From: Thermodesulfobacteriota bacterium
GTDB lineage: Bacteria > Desulfobacterota > Binatia > Bin18
Length of the DNA: 64,000 nucleotides
Reading direction: 5' to 3'
NCBI GenBank assembly: GCA_964291405.2
Contig: OZ219926.1
Coordinates: 960,001 to 1,024,000 of the forward strand
A program made the translations under genes and the position numbers. The notes below the pieces were generated by a model. It saw nothing but the letters and a program-made list of their open reading frames with translations. It was not told where the DNA came from and did not search any database. Every line of letters begins with the position of its first letter. The stretch's first letter is position 1. This document shows, in pieces, positions 47,499 to 58,455 of this stretch.

Positions 47499-48179
47499 GT
47501 GAAGTGGGGTGTCGTCACTTTTCCAGGCTCGAACGACGACCGGGACTCCCTCTACTGTCTGGAGCGCGTGCTCGGGCAGGAGGCGGTCTCGTTGTGGCAT
47601 AAGGACCAGGATTTACACAGTGTCGAGGCGATTGTGCTGCCGGGCGGGTTTTCCTATGGGGACTATCTCCGCTGCGGGGCGGTCGCCCGCTTCTCGCCGG
47701 TCATGTCCAGCGTGATGGCGTTTGCCCGAGCCGGCGGGCCGGTGCTGGGCATGTGCAACGGGTTTCAGATTCTGTGCGAGAGCGGGCTCCTGCCGGGGGC
47801 GCTGGTCCGCAACCGTTCGCTGTCGTTTATCTGCGAGTGGGTTTCCGTACGGGTGGAGACAACCCGGACCCGTTTTACGGCCCGGTATGCGGCGGGCGAG
47901 TGTCTGTCCCTGCCGATTAAACACGGTGAGGGCTGCTATGTGGCGGACGAGGCGACCCTGACGGCGCTCCGGGACAACGATCAAATCGTCTTCCGCTATG
48001 TGAATCAGGACGGCGAAGCGCTGGACTCGGCCAACCCGAATGGGGCCGTGCAGAATATCGCCGGCGTGACGAACGCGAACGGGAACGTGGTCGGACTCAT
48101 GCCCCATCCCGAACACGCCGTCGAAGCCCTGCTGGGAGGCGAAGACGGGCGGAAACTCTTTACCTCGGTCTTTGCGTAG
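47499..48179 (+). CDS. purQ: FGAM synthase glutaminase PurQ
   Basis: [28 protein letters not shown]. Confidence 0.98.
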   Translation: MKWGVVTFPGSNDDRDSLYCLERVLGQEAVSLWHKDQDLHSVEAIVLPGGFSYGDYLRCGAVARFSPVMSSVMAFARAGGPVLGMCNGFQILCESGLLPGALVRNRSLSFICEWVSVRVETTRTRFTARYAAGECLSLPIKHGEGCYVADEATLTALRDNDQIVFRYVNQDGEALDSANPNGAVQNIAGVTNANGNVVGLMPHPEHAVEALLGGEDGRKLFTSVFA

Positions 48180-48183
48180 CCCT

Positions 48184-50403
48184 ATGGCATCCATACCGGT
48201 TGATCTGCAGCTCGCTCACGACCACGGCCTGTCAACCGACGAGTACGACCGCATCGTCCGGACCCTGGGACGCACGCCGACGTTCGAGGAGTTGGGCGTG
48301 TTCTCCGTGATGTGGTCGGAGCACTGTAGCTATAAGAGTTCGCGGCGCTTTCTGCGGCGGCTGCCGACAACCGGACCGGCCATATTGCAGGGACCGGGTG
48401 AGAATGCCGGCATCGTCGATATCGGCGACGGTCTGGCCGCGGTCTTTAAGATCGAAAGCCATAACCATCCGTCTTTTATCGAGCCCTATCACGGGGCCGC
48501 CACCGGGGTCGGCGGTATTCTCCGCGATGTCTTTACCATGGGCGCCCGCCCGATTGCCTCGCTGAACTCGCTCCGCTTCGGAGCGATCGAGCATCCGCGC
48601 ACCCCCCATCTGCTCAGGGGCGTGGTGGGAGGTATCGGCGGCTATGGAAACAGTGTCGGCGTACCGACCGTCGGCGGCGAGGTGTATTTCAACCCCGGCT
48701 ATAACGGCAATATCCTGGTCAACGCCTTTACCCTGGGCATTGCTCGGACTGATCGGATTTTTCGGGCGACTGCCGCGGGCGTGGGGAACCCGGTGATCTA
48801 TGTGGGCTCCCGGACCGGCCGGGACGGCATTCACGGCGCGAGCCTGCTGGCCTCGCGGGAATTTGATGACAAGTCCGAAGAACTCCGGCCGGCCGTCCAG
48901 GTGGGCGACCCGTTCACCGAGAATATCCTGATTGAAGCCTGCCTCAGCCTCATGCGGCAGGACCTGATTATCGGGATTCAGGACATGGGGGCCGCCGGCC
49001 TGACCAGCTCGTCGGTGGAAATGGCCGACCGGGGCCAGGCCGGCATCGTCCTGGACCTGGACACCGTCCCGACCCGCGAAGCCGGCATTACCCCCTATGA
49101 GCTGCTGCTGTCCGAGTCCCAGGAGCGGATGCTGATCGTCGCCAAGGAGGGGTGTGAAGAGGCGGTCAAAAACGTGTTTGCCACCTGGGACCTCCAGGCC
49201 GTCGTTATTGGGGAAGTCACGGACGACGGCCTGTTCCGCACGACGTGGCAGGGAGAGGAAGTCGTCCGCATTCCGGTCTCGGCCCTGACCTCGCAGGCCC
49301 CGGCCTACGAACGCCCGGCGGCCAGACCGGCCGACCTGACGTTGAAACAACAGTTGGATCTCAGCGCCCTGCCGCTGCCCACCGACTATGCCGCCGTCCT
49401 GACTACCCTGCTCACCACGCCGAATCTGGCCAGCAAGGAATGGGTCTACCGGCAGTACGATTTTCTGGTTGGCGGGAATACGGTGGTCCAGCCCGGCTCG
49501 GATGCGGCCATCGTTCGGCTGAAGGAGTCGGACAAGGGGCTGGGCATCAGTGTCGATTGTAATAGCCGCTATTGCGCGCTCGACCCCTACCGGGGAGCGG
49601 CGATTGCGGTTGCCGAGAGCGCGCGCAACCTGGCCGTCAGCGGGGCCAGGCCGGTGGCCCTGTCCGACTGCCTCAATTTTGGCAACCCCGAGAAGCCGGA
49701 GGTGATGTGGCAGTTCGTCCAGGCCATTGAGGGCATGCGGGCGGCCTGCGAAGCCCTGGAGGTTGCGGTAGTCAGCGGCAACGTTAGCTTCTATAATGAA
49801 ACCGATGGTCAGGCCATTCCTCCGACGCCGACCGTAGCCATGGTCGGGATTATGGACGCGGTCACGCACCATGTCACCCAGTGGTTTCAGCAGCCGGGCG
49901 ATCTCATTGTCCTATTGGGAGAGACCCACGAAGAACTCGGCGCGAGCGAATATCTGGCCACGCTCCATCACCAGGAGTGCGGCCGGCCCCCGCGGCTTGA
50001 CCTGGAACGGGAAAAACTCCTCCAGCAGGTGTGCGTCCGGGCCGCCCAGGCCGGGCTGTTTTCCTCGGCCCACGATGTGGCGGAGGGCGGGGTAGCCGTG
50101 GCCCTGGCGGAAGCCTGTATCAGCCATCCCCGGCAGACTATTGGAGCGCGGGTGACCCTGACGGGCGATCTGCGCCCGGATGCCTTACTCTTTGGAGAGA
50201 GCCAATCGCGTGCTATTGTTTCTGTCCGGCCGGCCGACTGGGACCGACTCAAGGCGCTGCTCCACACGAGTCGATTACCCTTCAGCGTCCTGGGTGAGGT
50301 TGGCGGGACGGACCTCGAAATCGCGGGCTATATGAAAATCGCAACAGCGGCCTTACGCCGGCAGTGGCAGACGGCGCTGGCTCAACAGCTGACAAATGAG
50401 TAA
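48184..50403 (+). CDS. purL: FGAM synthase PurL
   Basis: [38 protein letters not shown]. Confidence 0.98.
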   Translation: MASIPVDLQLAHDHGLSTDEYDRIVRTLGRTPTFEELGVFSVMWSEHCSYKSSRRFLRRLPTTGPAILQGPGENAGIVDIGDGLAAVFKIESHNHPSFIEPYHGAATGVGGILRDVFTMGARPIASLNSLRFGAIEHPRTPHLLRGVVGGIGGYGNSVGVPTVGGEVYFNPGYNGNILVNAFTLGIARTDRIFRATAAGVGNPVIYVGSRTGRDGIHGASLLASREFDDKSEELRPAVQVGDPFTENILIEACLSLMRQDLIIGIQDMGAAGLTSSSVEMADRGQAGIVLDLDTVPTREAGITPYELLLSESQERMLIVAKEGCEEAVKNVFATWDLQAVVIGEVTDDGLFRTTWQGEEVVRIPVSALTSQAPAYERPAARPADLTLKQQLDLSALPLPTDYAAVLTTLLTTPNLASKEWVYRQYDFLVGGNTVVQPGSDAAIVRLKESDKGLGISVDCNSRYCALDPYRGAAIAVAESARNLAVSGARPVALSDCLNFGNPEKPEVMWQFVQAIEGMRAACEALEVAVVSGNVSFYNETDGQAIPPTPTVAMVGIMDAVTHHVTQWFQQPGDLIVLLGETHEELGASEYLATLHHQECGRPPRLDLEREKLLQQVCVRAAQAGLFSSAHDVAEGGVAVALAEACISHPRQTIGARVTLTGDLRPDALLFGESQSRAIVSVRPADWDRLKALLHTSRLPFSVLGEVGGTDLEIAGYMKIATAALRRQWQTALAQQLTNE

Positions 50404-50468
50404 ACGTGCCACCATCTACCGGTCTGGTGAAGGGCACGTTTACTCATTCTGAGCGGAGGGGGGATAGG

Positions 50469-51911
50469 GTGGAACACGATACAGCCGATGCGGTGTTCGA
50501 CAGGTTCCACGAAGAGTGCGGAGTCGTGGGCGTCTATGGTCATCCGGAAGCGGCCAACCTGGCCTATCTGGCCTTGTATTCCCTGCAACATCGGGGCCAG
50601 GAGTCTGCCGGCATTACCTCTTCAAACGGCCAGGCTCTGCTGACGCATAAAGGCATGGGGCTGGTGGCCGATATTTTTGACGAAAAGTTGATTCGTCGCC
50701 TGGAGGGGGCGAGCGCCATTGGCCACAACCGCTATTCCACCGCCGGCTCGACCATGCTCAAGAACACCCAGCCCATGCTGGCCAAGTATACGCTTGGCTC
50801 GGTGGCGATTGCGCATAACGGCAACCTGGTCAATGCCGAAGAACTGCGCGCCCGGCTCGAATCGGGCGGCTCGATTTTTCAGTCTACGGTCGATACCGAG
50901 GTCATCCTGCATCTCATTGCCGCCTCGCAGGCCGGGCAGCCGGTTGACCGCATTATCGACGCCTTGTCCCAGGTGCGGGGGGCCTACTCCCTGGTCTTCC
51001 TGAGCGAGGATTATATGGTTGCGGCGCGCGACCCCTACGGGTTTCGGCCGCTGGTGCTGGGGCGCGTCAAACACGCGGGCCAGACGGGTTATGTGGTCAC
51101 GTCCGAGACCTGTGCGCTGGACCTGATTGGGGCGCGGTATGAGCGGGAGGTCCAGGCCGGAGAGGTTATTCTGTTTGATGCCAACGGTATGACCTGCTAT
51201 AGCCCGTTTCCGCAGGCGCCATCGGCCCGCTGCATTTTTGAGCATGTCTATTTTGCGCGGCCGGACAGCACCATGTTCGGGCAGAATGTCTACCAGGCGC
51301 GCAAGTCGTTCGGCCGGCAGTTGGCGCGCGAGGCTCCGGTCGAGGCGGATGTCGTTATTCCCGTTCCGGACTCCGGGGTGCCCGCGGCTTTGGGCTATGC
51401 CGAAGAATCCGGACTGCCGTTTGAAATGGGCCTGATCCGTAACCACTATGTGGGCCGGACGTTCATTGAACCCCAGTCGTCCATCCGTCATTTCGGGGTG
51501 AAGGTCAAACTCAACGCCCAGGCCGATATTCTGTGCGGCAAACGGGTCGTGGTGGTGGACGACTCCATTGTGCGCGGGACGACCTGTCGGAAAATTGTCA
51601 AAATGATTCGTGCGACCGGTGCCCGGGAAGTCCATTTGCGGATCAGCGCCCCGCCGACGATTTCTCCCTGCTTTTACGGGGTGGATACGCCGACCAGACG
51701 GGAATTGATCGCCTCTTCTCATTCGGTCGAGGAGATCAGCCGCTACGTCACCGCCGATAGTCTGGCCTATCTGAGCGAGGAAGGCATGTACGCCGGGCTC
51801 CAGGTCAACGGGAACGGCTTTTGCGATGCCTGCTTTACCGGGCGCTACCCGCTGGCGCTGGGGAGCCGTCCCAAAGGCAGCCAGCTCTCGCTGTTCGGCG
51901 AACGGGTATAG
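50469..51911 (+). CDS. purF: Amidophosphoribosyltransferase
   Basis: [37 protein letters not shown]. Confidence 0.98.
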   Translation: MEHDTADAVFDRFHEECGVVGVYGHPEAANLAYLALYSLQHRGQESAGITSSNGQALLTHKGMGLVADIFDEKLIRRLEGASAIGHNRYSTAGSTMLKNTQPMLAKYTLGSVAIAHNGNLVNAEELRARLESGGSIFQSTVDTEVILHLIAASQAGQPVDRIIDALSQVRGAYSLVFLSEDYMVAARDPYGFRPLVLGRVKHAGQTGYVVTSETCALDLIGARYEREVQAGEVILFDANGMTCYSPFPQAPSARCIFEHVYFARPDSTMFGQNVYQARKSFGRQLAREAPVEADVVIPVPDSGVPAALGYAEESGLPFEMGLIRNHYVGRTFIEPQSSIRHFGVKVKLNAQADILCGKRVVVVDDSIVRGTTCRKIVKMIRATGAREVHLRISAPPTISPCFYGVDTPTRRELIASSHSVEEISRYVTADSLAYLSEEGMYAGLQVNGNGFCDACFTGRYPLALGSRPKGSQLSLFGERV

Positions 51912-52027
51912 GCTCGTTCAGGCTGGATGAACCGATCATCTTGCTCAACCGTCCCGGGAGGGGAGGCGGGGCTACGCCTCCTCGCTCCGGGTGATCACGG
52001 GGAAGACCGCGACCATGAACGAAAGGG

Positions 52028-52291
52028 TCAGGCAGCGGTTTTTCCGTGCGCAACTTCCCAGCCTGGAAACACGAGCACGGCGGGATGCACCCGCAAGGCA
52101 CGCGCGAGTGTTTTCGCCCGTTCCACCCCCAGCTTGACCCGGTCTCTTTCGATGGCCGAGATCGTGGATTGCGGGATGCCGGTCTCGGCGGCCAATTCAT
52201 TCTGACTGAGGGCCTGGAGTTCCCGCATGATCCGGACCGACTCGCCAACTGAGAGCTCCACGCGCTTCTTTGCTCTGCGGTACTCCGCCAT
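52028..52291 (-). CDS. XRE-HTH antitoxin
   Basis: MRELQALSQNELA...QSTISAIE...LARALRVHP; directly downstream of a RelE-type toxin. Confidence 0.88.
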   Translation of the reverse strand: MAEYRRAKKRVELSVGESVRIMRELQALSQNELAAETGIPQSTISAIERDRVKLGVERAKTLARALRVHPAVLVFPGWEVAHGKTAA

Positions 52292-52573
52292 TTATTTCCT
52301 CCGATAGTCATGCGGCGTGAGACTCACCACTTCCACATATACGCGGTCCCGTTCGATGCGGTAAATGACCCGATACTGGTCATTGAGCCGCGAGGAGCGA
52401 TGCCCGCTCCACCTCCCACGCAGGCGCTCGTCTTTAAACCCACGAATCTGTCGGAGTCCCTCAGGCCCCGAGATTACCACAATGTCCTTCCATTTTTCAT
52501 ACCGCTGCAGGATGTCATGCGGGAGCCGTCTGATTTGCCGATCCACGCGTCGATGCTCGAAAATGTCCCACAC
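52292..52573 (-). CDS. RelE/HigB-type mRNA interferase toxin
   Basis: YEKWKDIV...GF.DE.L.G.W.G.RSSRLNDQYRVIY; upstream TTGACA overlaps the palindrome catacca-ttta-tggtatg. Confidence 0.88.
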   Translation of the reverse strand: MWDIFEHRRVDRQIRRLPHDILQRYEKWKDIVVISGPEGLRQIRGFKDERLRGRWSGHRSSRLNDQYRVIYRIERDRVYVEVVSLTPHDYRRK

Positions 52574-52698
52574 TGAAACGCAGTGTACATACCATTTATG
52601 GTATGTCAACAAGCCGCGCGTGCAGCACCTGATGGGCAACCATCATCCGGCCCGGGCCACCGCCGAGCAACAATGGGCGCCCTTCGCAGGAGGAGAGC

Positions 52699-52790
52699 AT
52701 GGCGAAGCGCTACGCATTGAGCCACCGGCACTGGGAGCGGCTTAAGGATAGCCTGTCCGGCATGGTAATGGACTGCGGGCGCATCGGCCC
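52699..52790 (+). pseudogene. IS5-family (DUF4096-type) transposase N-terminal remnant
   Basis: GGAGG SD followed by MAKRYALSHRHWERLKDSLSG...CGR, resembling MxRYxLxDxQWxRIxxLLPG starts; similarity lost after ~30 codons. Confidence 0.55.
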
Positions 52791-52811
52791 GCTGTATTTT
52801 CGCGCACGTCT

Positions 52812-52913
52812 ATGCCTGTTTTACCGGGCGCTACCCGCTGACGCTGGGGAGCCGTCCCAAAGGCAGCCCAGCTCTCGCTGTTCGGCGAACAGGTATAGAC
52901 TCGTTCAGGCTGG
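52812..52913 (+). repeat. Degenerate duplicate of the purF 3' end (51826-51926)
   Basis: ~101-bp direct repeat with about four substitutions and a 1-nt insertion. Confidence 0.93.
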
Positions 52914-52958
52914 GTTATGGGTGGCCTCGGCCACAGCTTCGCGTCGCCCTTCCCCGCG

Positions 52959-53110
52959 AGAGCAGTTTCCTCCGTGGTGTAGCGAGGTGCTCTCCAGAGT
53001 TCCGTAGGGTGCATCCCATGCACCACCTTTCCCCGGTGCGCAGGGCGCACCCTACGTATCAGGAAACGCGCGGAGGCCGGTGGACGCTATACTAATGTGA
53101 ATTTTGCTCT
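52959..53110. mobile_element. MITE (type A)
   Basis: cg|agagcagtttcctccgtggtgtagcg...actaatgtgaattttgctct|ag. Confidence 0.85.
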
Positions 53111-53298
53111 AGAGCCAATCACGCTGCGGTGGAGCGTGTCTCTCTTCTCCTTGAGGAGTGCGGGCTGGAAGCCCGCAAGCGGCCAGGATGGCCGCCCTCC
53201 CAGGAGGGGAGCCACCCCCATCCCCTCCCAGGCCGTTTGGGGCAGGCCGGTGTCCTTCCCGATGAGCGCGTACCGGCACGACTCAATGTCGATTCAGC

Positions 53299-54360
53299 CT
53301 AGTTGACCGACTCTAAGACCAAGCTTTGTTGACTCGTTTCCCACACGAAGGTGGCGTTCTCACCCATGTGGGGAAAGTTGGGAATCGTGCACATCCCCTC
53401 AGCATCGGACAAGAAGTCATCGTCGAATGCCGCCACCGTAAACGTGGAGGACGCCACCTCTTCGCCGTTCCGTATCAAGCGGGCCGTTCGCTCGCCCGGC
53501 CCCAAACGACCCCAGTTGAAGAGAGAGGAAAACCCATTATCGATATCCCCACACACGGCTTCGGTGTCAGTTCGCTCTGTACCCTGCAACACCGTCTGGG
53601 TCAGAATGACGCCCTCAGCATCACTGAATTCCACTTCCAACTCTCCACCCAAGCACGACCAGCCTGATACCAGCCCGATCCCACTGACGTTTGTCCCAGG
53701 GGACGGGATTTCAAGGGACGCACCAGCCGGCGGAACGCTCCCATCGGCGAGTTCAAAATCCCCTTCCAGTTCAAAACTCGTTGTTCCTGCATAGATGAAG
53801 AAGCCTTCAGGCCCCCCCGTTTGCCCTACCTGAGTAAAGGTCCCAGCCCCCGAGGTCGTCCAGCTTCCACTCGAACCTTCTGCAATCCCCGTCCCACCTG
53901 CTGCTGTGACACTCTCCGTATAGGTAAAAGAGCAGCCTGCTTGCGGGGCCATGTTCTCATCAAAGCAAGAAGAAGGTGAGCAACCCGTGCCGATACCTAT
54001 CGAATGAAAAACATCCTCAGTCCCTTCAAGTTGGCAGTGATAATGGTTCGTGCTTACATTTTCGAATTCCCCCGCATCGCAAGCTCCCGTAGGCTCTTGG
54101 AGGAATTCAAACCTCATCTGGGCTGCGTGACACAACATGGCACCACCGAGTGTGGTATAGCCACGTAAGGTGTTAGTGCCAATCGTGTGAGAGAAGGTGC
54201 CATCCGGATTGAAAACTAGGTTCGTAGTAAAAAAGCCTTGCGCCGTCCCCGTAAACGGAGCTGCCCATGCAGAGCTCGCGGTGCATATAAGCGCCCCAAG
54301 AATAAATGATCCTAGTTTTCCGAATCTCCCTCTACGGCTTCCCCTTTCGTTTGTCTGCAT
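53299..54360 (-). CDS. Secreted Cys-containing protein with a conserved C-terminal module
   Basis: Signal peptide (..LICTASSAWA); C-terminal LEIPS...SGIGLVSGWSC...FP..GE...WETSQQ homologous to 12896-15175; lower GC. Confidence 0.72.
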   Translation of the reverse strand: MQTNERGSRRGRFGKLGSFILGALICTASSAWAAPFTGTAQGFFTTNLVFNPDGTFSHTIGTNTLRGYTTLGGAMLCHAAQMRFEFLQEPTGACDAGEFENVSTNHYHCQLEGTEDVFHSIGIGTGCSPSSCFDENMAPQAGCSFTYTESVTAAGGTGIAEGSSGSWTTSGAGTFTQVGQTGGPEGFFIYAGTTSFELEGDFELADGSVPPAGASLEIPSPGTNVSGIGLVSGWSCLGGELEVEFSDAEGVILTQTVLQGTERTDTEAVCGDIDNGFSSLFNWGRLGPGERTARLIRNGEEVASSTFTVAAFDDDFLSDAEGMCTIPNFPHMGENATFVWETSQQSLVLESVN

Positions 54361-54848
54361 ACTCTTCTCCCTTCTTTCCTTTGCGTTTGGAATACCCATA
54401 CTTGATAGGATCATCTTTTTCACCCCCACCCACCCCAAGGTACAGTAGGGGTCTGATTTATCTCTGTTTTTTTGACGGCGAGGATCGGATATTCGGTCAA
54501 GATTGAACCGAAAATCCTTCGCGTTCGTCATGCTCTCTGCCAATCACGGAAGTGCGGGCAGAAGAAGAAATGAGCGAACTGGGGTAAGTCGGTTAAAATT
54601 TTACACCGCCCTTCCCCGCTAGCGCAAAGAACGCTGCGGTGGAGCGCGGCTCTCTTCTCCCTCAGGAGTGCGGGCTTCCAGCCCGCAGGCGGCCAGGATG
54701 GCCGCTCTCCCAGGATCGGGAAACGCGCTGGTGACCACGCAGACGGAGCCCCGACCCCGGCCTGGCAGGGTTTGACCCTGCCCCAGGGAACTTCTATTCT
54801 AGGCGGGAGTTTTGCTCGCACCGGGGCTGTGAACGTCCGGAACTCGGC

Positions 54849-55481
54849 ATGTCAGATCTCCCCAATCTTTTGAGCTTCCTGCGCATCGCGCTGGTTCCCT
54901 TTCTGGTCTATTGCCTGACGGATACGGACCCGGCCTCCAGCCTGATGGCGGCGGGGATTTTCTTCATTGCCTGTCTGACCGATTATTTCGACGGCTATCT
55001 TGCCCGAAAGCACGGGCAGACAACCATTCTCGGCACCTTCCTCGACCCGCTGGCCGATAAACTGCTGGTCATGGCCGTCCTGGTCATGCTGGTGGCCAGC
55101 GACCGTGTCCCGGGCCCTCCGGCCTGGATGGTGGTGGTGATCCTCGGGCGGGAAATCGCGGTGACCGGGCTGCGGAGTGTCGCCGCCGGACAGGGACTGG
55201 TCGTTTCCGCCGACCAGCTTGGCAAATATAAAACCCTCTTCCAGATGTTTGCCCTGCACGGCCTGATTATTCACTATCAATACGGCTTCATCGATTTTCA
55301 TCTCCTGGGGATGTATTTTTTGTGGATCGCCCTGGTTGTCGGCGTGTGGTCCGGCCTCGCCTATCATGTCACGGTGGCACGCCTGCTGCTGGGCAAACAT
55401 CGGGCCGCAACCCCGGCGCAACGCGCCTCCCTACCCGCTTCGACCCCGCCTGCCCGGCAACAACCGGAGAGGTCGGCATGA
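54849..55481 (+). CDS. pgsA: CDP-diacylglycerol--glycerol-3-phosphate 3-phosphatidyltransferase
   Basis: [20 protein letters not shown]...[14 protein letters not shown]. Confidence 0.95.
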   Translation: MSDLPNLLSFLRIALVPFLVYCLTDTDPASSLMAAGIFFIACLTDYFDGYLARKHGQTTILGTFLDPLADKLLVMAVLVMLVASDRVPGPPAWMVVVILGREIAVTGLRSVAAGQGLVVSADQLGKYKTLFQMFALHGLIIHYQYGFIDFHLLGMYFLWIALVVGVWSGLAYHVTVARLLLGKHRAATPAQRASLPASTPPARQQPERSA

Positions 55482-56485
55482 CGGTCCTGGTGACGGGCGC
55501 GGGCGGTTTTATCGGCTTTCATGTCGGCAAGTATTTACTCGAACGCGGCGATACCGTCGTCGGACTCGACAACCTGAGCCCCTATTATGATGTGCGTCTG
55601 AAAGAAGCCCGCCTCGCCCGGCTCACCGCTTATGAGCGGTTTGCATTTGTACGGCTCGACCTGGCTGACCGGCAAGGCATGGAGGACCTGTTCGCCCGTC
55701 ACGCGCCGGAGCGGGTGATCCACCTCGCGGCCCAGGCCGGGGTGCGCCACTCCCTGACCAATCCGCACGCCTATATCGACAGCAATCTCGTGGGGTTCAT
55801 GCATATCCTCGAAGGCTGCCGGCAGACCAGGGTACAGCATCTGACGTACGCGTCGAGCAGCTCGGTGTACGGTGCCAATACAAAGCTGCCCTTTTCGGTG
55901 CAGGACAATGTTGACCACCCGGTCTCCCTGTATGCCGTCTCGAAAAAGGCCAACGAACTGCTGGCCCATACCTACAGCCATGCCTATCACCTGCCGACGA
56001 CGGGCCTGCGCTTTTTCACCGTGTATGGCCCGTGGGGCCGGCCGGATATGGCCCTGTTCATCTTCACCAAAGCCATCTTGTCCGGCGAGCCGATTGAGGT
56101 GTTCAACTACGGCAGGATGCAGCGCGCCTTTACCTATATCGACGATATTGTCGAGGGAGTGGTGCGCGCGCATGACCGTATTGCCCAATCCGACCCCCGC
56201 TGGTCGGGCAGGAACCCGGACCCCGGCACGAGTACCGCGCCCTACCGCGTGTATAATATCGGCCATCCCCGGCCGGTGGAGTTACTCCGCTTTATCGAAG
56301 TGCTGGAACATACCCTGGGAAAGAAGGCCGAAAAACGCCTGCTGCCGCTGCAGGCCGGCGACATCCCGGCCACCTGGGCCGATGTTGAGGACCTCATGCA
56401 CGATGTGGGCTTTCGTCCCGTCACGACCATTGAGGAAGGCATTCCCCGCTTCGTGAAGTGGTACCGTGAGTATTACCGGGTCTAG
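55478..56485 (+). CDS. NAD-dependent epimerase (UDP-glucuronate 4-epimerase-like)
   Basis: [36 protein letters not shown]. Confidence 0.93.
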   Translation: MTVLVTGAGGFIGFHVGKYLLERGDTVVGLDNLSPYYDVRLKEARLARLTAYERFAFVRLDLADRQGMEDLFARHAPERVIHLAAQAGVRHSLTNPHAYIDSNLVGFMHILEGCRQTRVQHLTYASSSSVYGANTKLPFSVQDNVDHPVSLYAVSKKANELLAHTYSHAYHLPTTGLRFFTVYGPWGRPDMALFIFTKAILSGEPIEVFNYGRMQRAFTYIDDIVEGVVRAHDRIAQSDPRWSGRNPDPGTSTAPYRVYNIGHPRPVELLRFIEVLEHTLGKKAEKRLLPLQAGDIPATWADVEDLMHDVGFRPVTTIEEGIPRFVKWYREYYRV

Positions 56486-56814
56486 CGCAGTTTCCTCCGT
56501 GGTGTAGCGAGGTGCTCTCCAGAGTTCCGTCGGGTGCATCCCATGCACCACCTTTCCCCGGTGCGCAGGGCGCACCCTACGGATCGGGCAACGCGCGGAG
56601 GCCGGTGGACGCGACACTAGAGCGTTTTACTATAGGCTGTAGCCCTGCCGTTACGTGCTCGTCATGTCGGACGCGCTCCGGCATCCCTGCTTCGACTTCG
56701 CTCCGCTACGCTCAGCACGAACGGCAGACCGTTAGTCCTGAGCGGCAGGCGCAACGCGCCTGAAGTCGAAGGGCTACACGAAATCGTAATTTGCTCTCAT
56801 GTGAATTTTGCGCT
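56484..56814. mobile_element. MITE type A with MITE type B nested at 56619-56797
   Basis: Removing 56619-56797 regenerates gcgacactcatgtg, as in the intact type A copy at 41420-41571. Confidence 0.9.
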
Positions 56815-56965
56815 AGCGCACCTGGCGATGCTGTGTAGCGGGTCTCTCTCCTCCTTGAGGAGTGCGGGCTTCCAGCCCGCAAGCGGCCAAGATGGCCGCG
56901 CTCCCAGGAGGGGAGCCACCCCCACACCTTCATGACCCCACAGACTCCACAGACCCCATAGACTT

Positions 56966-57235
56966 TTACGTGCGTTCGTGTGGCGCGAGGGTGGTCAGCG
57001 CCAGCGCGTGGATCGTCTGCTGCATGTCGTCCGCCAACGCGGCGTAGACCAGGCGGTGGCGCTGAACGGAGTTCTTGCCGGTAAACAGCGGAGACACCAC
57101 CGTGACCCGGTAATGCCCGCCGCCGGCCGCGGCTCCGGCATGGCCGGCGTGCAGGGCACTCTCGTCTATGACCCGCACCTCGGTTGCGGACAGGGCCTGC
57201 CGGAGCGTGGACTCGATGTGTTCCTGAGTGGTCAT
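56966..57235 (-). CDS. bolA: BolA family protein
   Basis: DESALHAGH...HY...FTGK..VQRHRLVY..L...IHAL. Confidence 0.95.
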   Translation of the reverse strand: MTTQEHIESTLRQALSATEVRVIDESALHAGHAGAAAGGGHYRVTVVSPLFTGKNSVQRHRLVYAALADDMQQTIHALALTTLAPHERT

Positions 57236-57285
57236 TGGTCACAGAGTAAACGTGTCCTCCAATAGATACCAGATGCCGGACGCGT

Positions 57286-58095
57286 TTACTCTTTTTCGTG
57301 CGCGGAGGGAAAAACCGGGGCACGGCGTTCCATCACGGAACTGAGCCCCTCGCCCACGTCTTTGCCAAAGAAGCCCAGCATCTCCAGGGCGAGCGAATAA
57401 TCGAACGAGGTATGCGCGGCGGCCCGCAGCCACTGGTTGAGCGACTGCTTGGTCCAACGAATGGCCTGCTGGGCGCCCGTCGCCAGTTTGTTCGCGACCT
57501 CCATCGCCTTGGGCATGAGCTCGTCCGGTGGGACGACCATGCTGACCAGGCCTATGCGCTCGGCTTCTTTGGCATCCAGCATGTCACACGTCAGCAAATA
57601 GTATTTGGCCTTTGCCATGCCGACCAGGAGGGGCCAGATAACCGCGGCGTGGTCTCCGGCGGCCACCCCCAGCCGGGTATGCCCGTCGGTAAAACGCGCC
57701 TTCTCCGAGGCAATGCTGATATCGGCCAGCAGTGCGACCGCCAGCCCCGCCCCGACCGCCACGCCGTTAATCGCCGAAATAATGGGCTTGTCGCAGTTGA
57801 TCATATTGTGAACGATGTCCCGCGCTTCTTTCATGGTCTCGGAGACCACATCAAGATTGCCCATGGATTTCTCGACCACATCAAAATCGCCCCCGGCCGA
57901 GAAGGCCCGACCGGCTCCCGTAATCACCGCTACGCGCACCTCCGGGTCGTCTGCGATATCGAGCCAGACCTTGCTCAGCTCGTAGTGCAGGCGGAAGTTG
58001 GTCGAGTTGAGGGACTCGGGCCGGTTAATCGTCAAGAGAGCAATTCCATCGTTCTTCTCGATGACGAGATGTTCGTAATTTTCCCGGTACGCCAT
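57286..58095 (-). CDS. Enoyl-CoA hydratase/isomerase family protein
   Basis: [27 protein letters not shown]. Confidence 0.93.
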   Translation of the reverse strand: MAYRENYEHLVIEKNDGIALLTINRPESLNSTNFRLHYELSKVWLDIADDPEVRVAVITGAGRAFSAGGDFDVVEKSMGNLDVVSETMKEARDIVHNMINCDKPIISAINGVAVGAGLAVALLADISIASEKARFTDGHTRLGVAAGDHAAVIWPLLVGMAKAKYYLLTCDMLDAKEAERIGLVSMVVPPDELMPKAMEVANKLATGAQQAIRWTKQSLNQWLRAAAHTSFDYSLALEMLGFFGKDVGEGLSSVMERRAPVFPSAHEKE

Positions 58096-58455
58096 GCTGC
58101 TTCCTCCTTCTTCTTATGCCGGTATGGGTTCCAGCTTTTCAAAGCCGGGCGGATTTGTACAGTCAGGGCAAAGTCGGTGGAACCCACCTCGCCGCTACGC
58201 GACACAAAGAGGAAACGTGTCCTCCAAACAGAAGGGCCGGGGTGGGTTTCCAGAAGTGCGGGCTTCCAGCCCGCAAGCGGCCAGGATGGCCGCGCTCCCA
58301 GGAGAGGAGCCACCCCCATCCCCTCCCAGGCCGTTTGGGGCGGGCCAGTGTCCTGCCCGACGAGCGCGGACTGGCAGGCACGTGATCGGGATGTTCCACC
58401 TCAGCAGGGACGGAGCCCGATGTCAGGGAGCAAACAGTACGAGGACCACCGCTGC

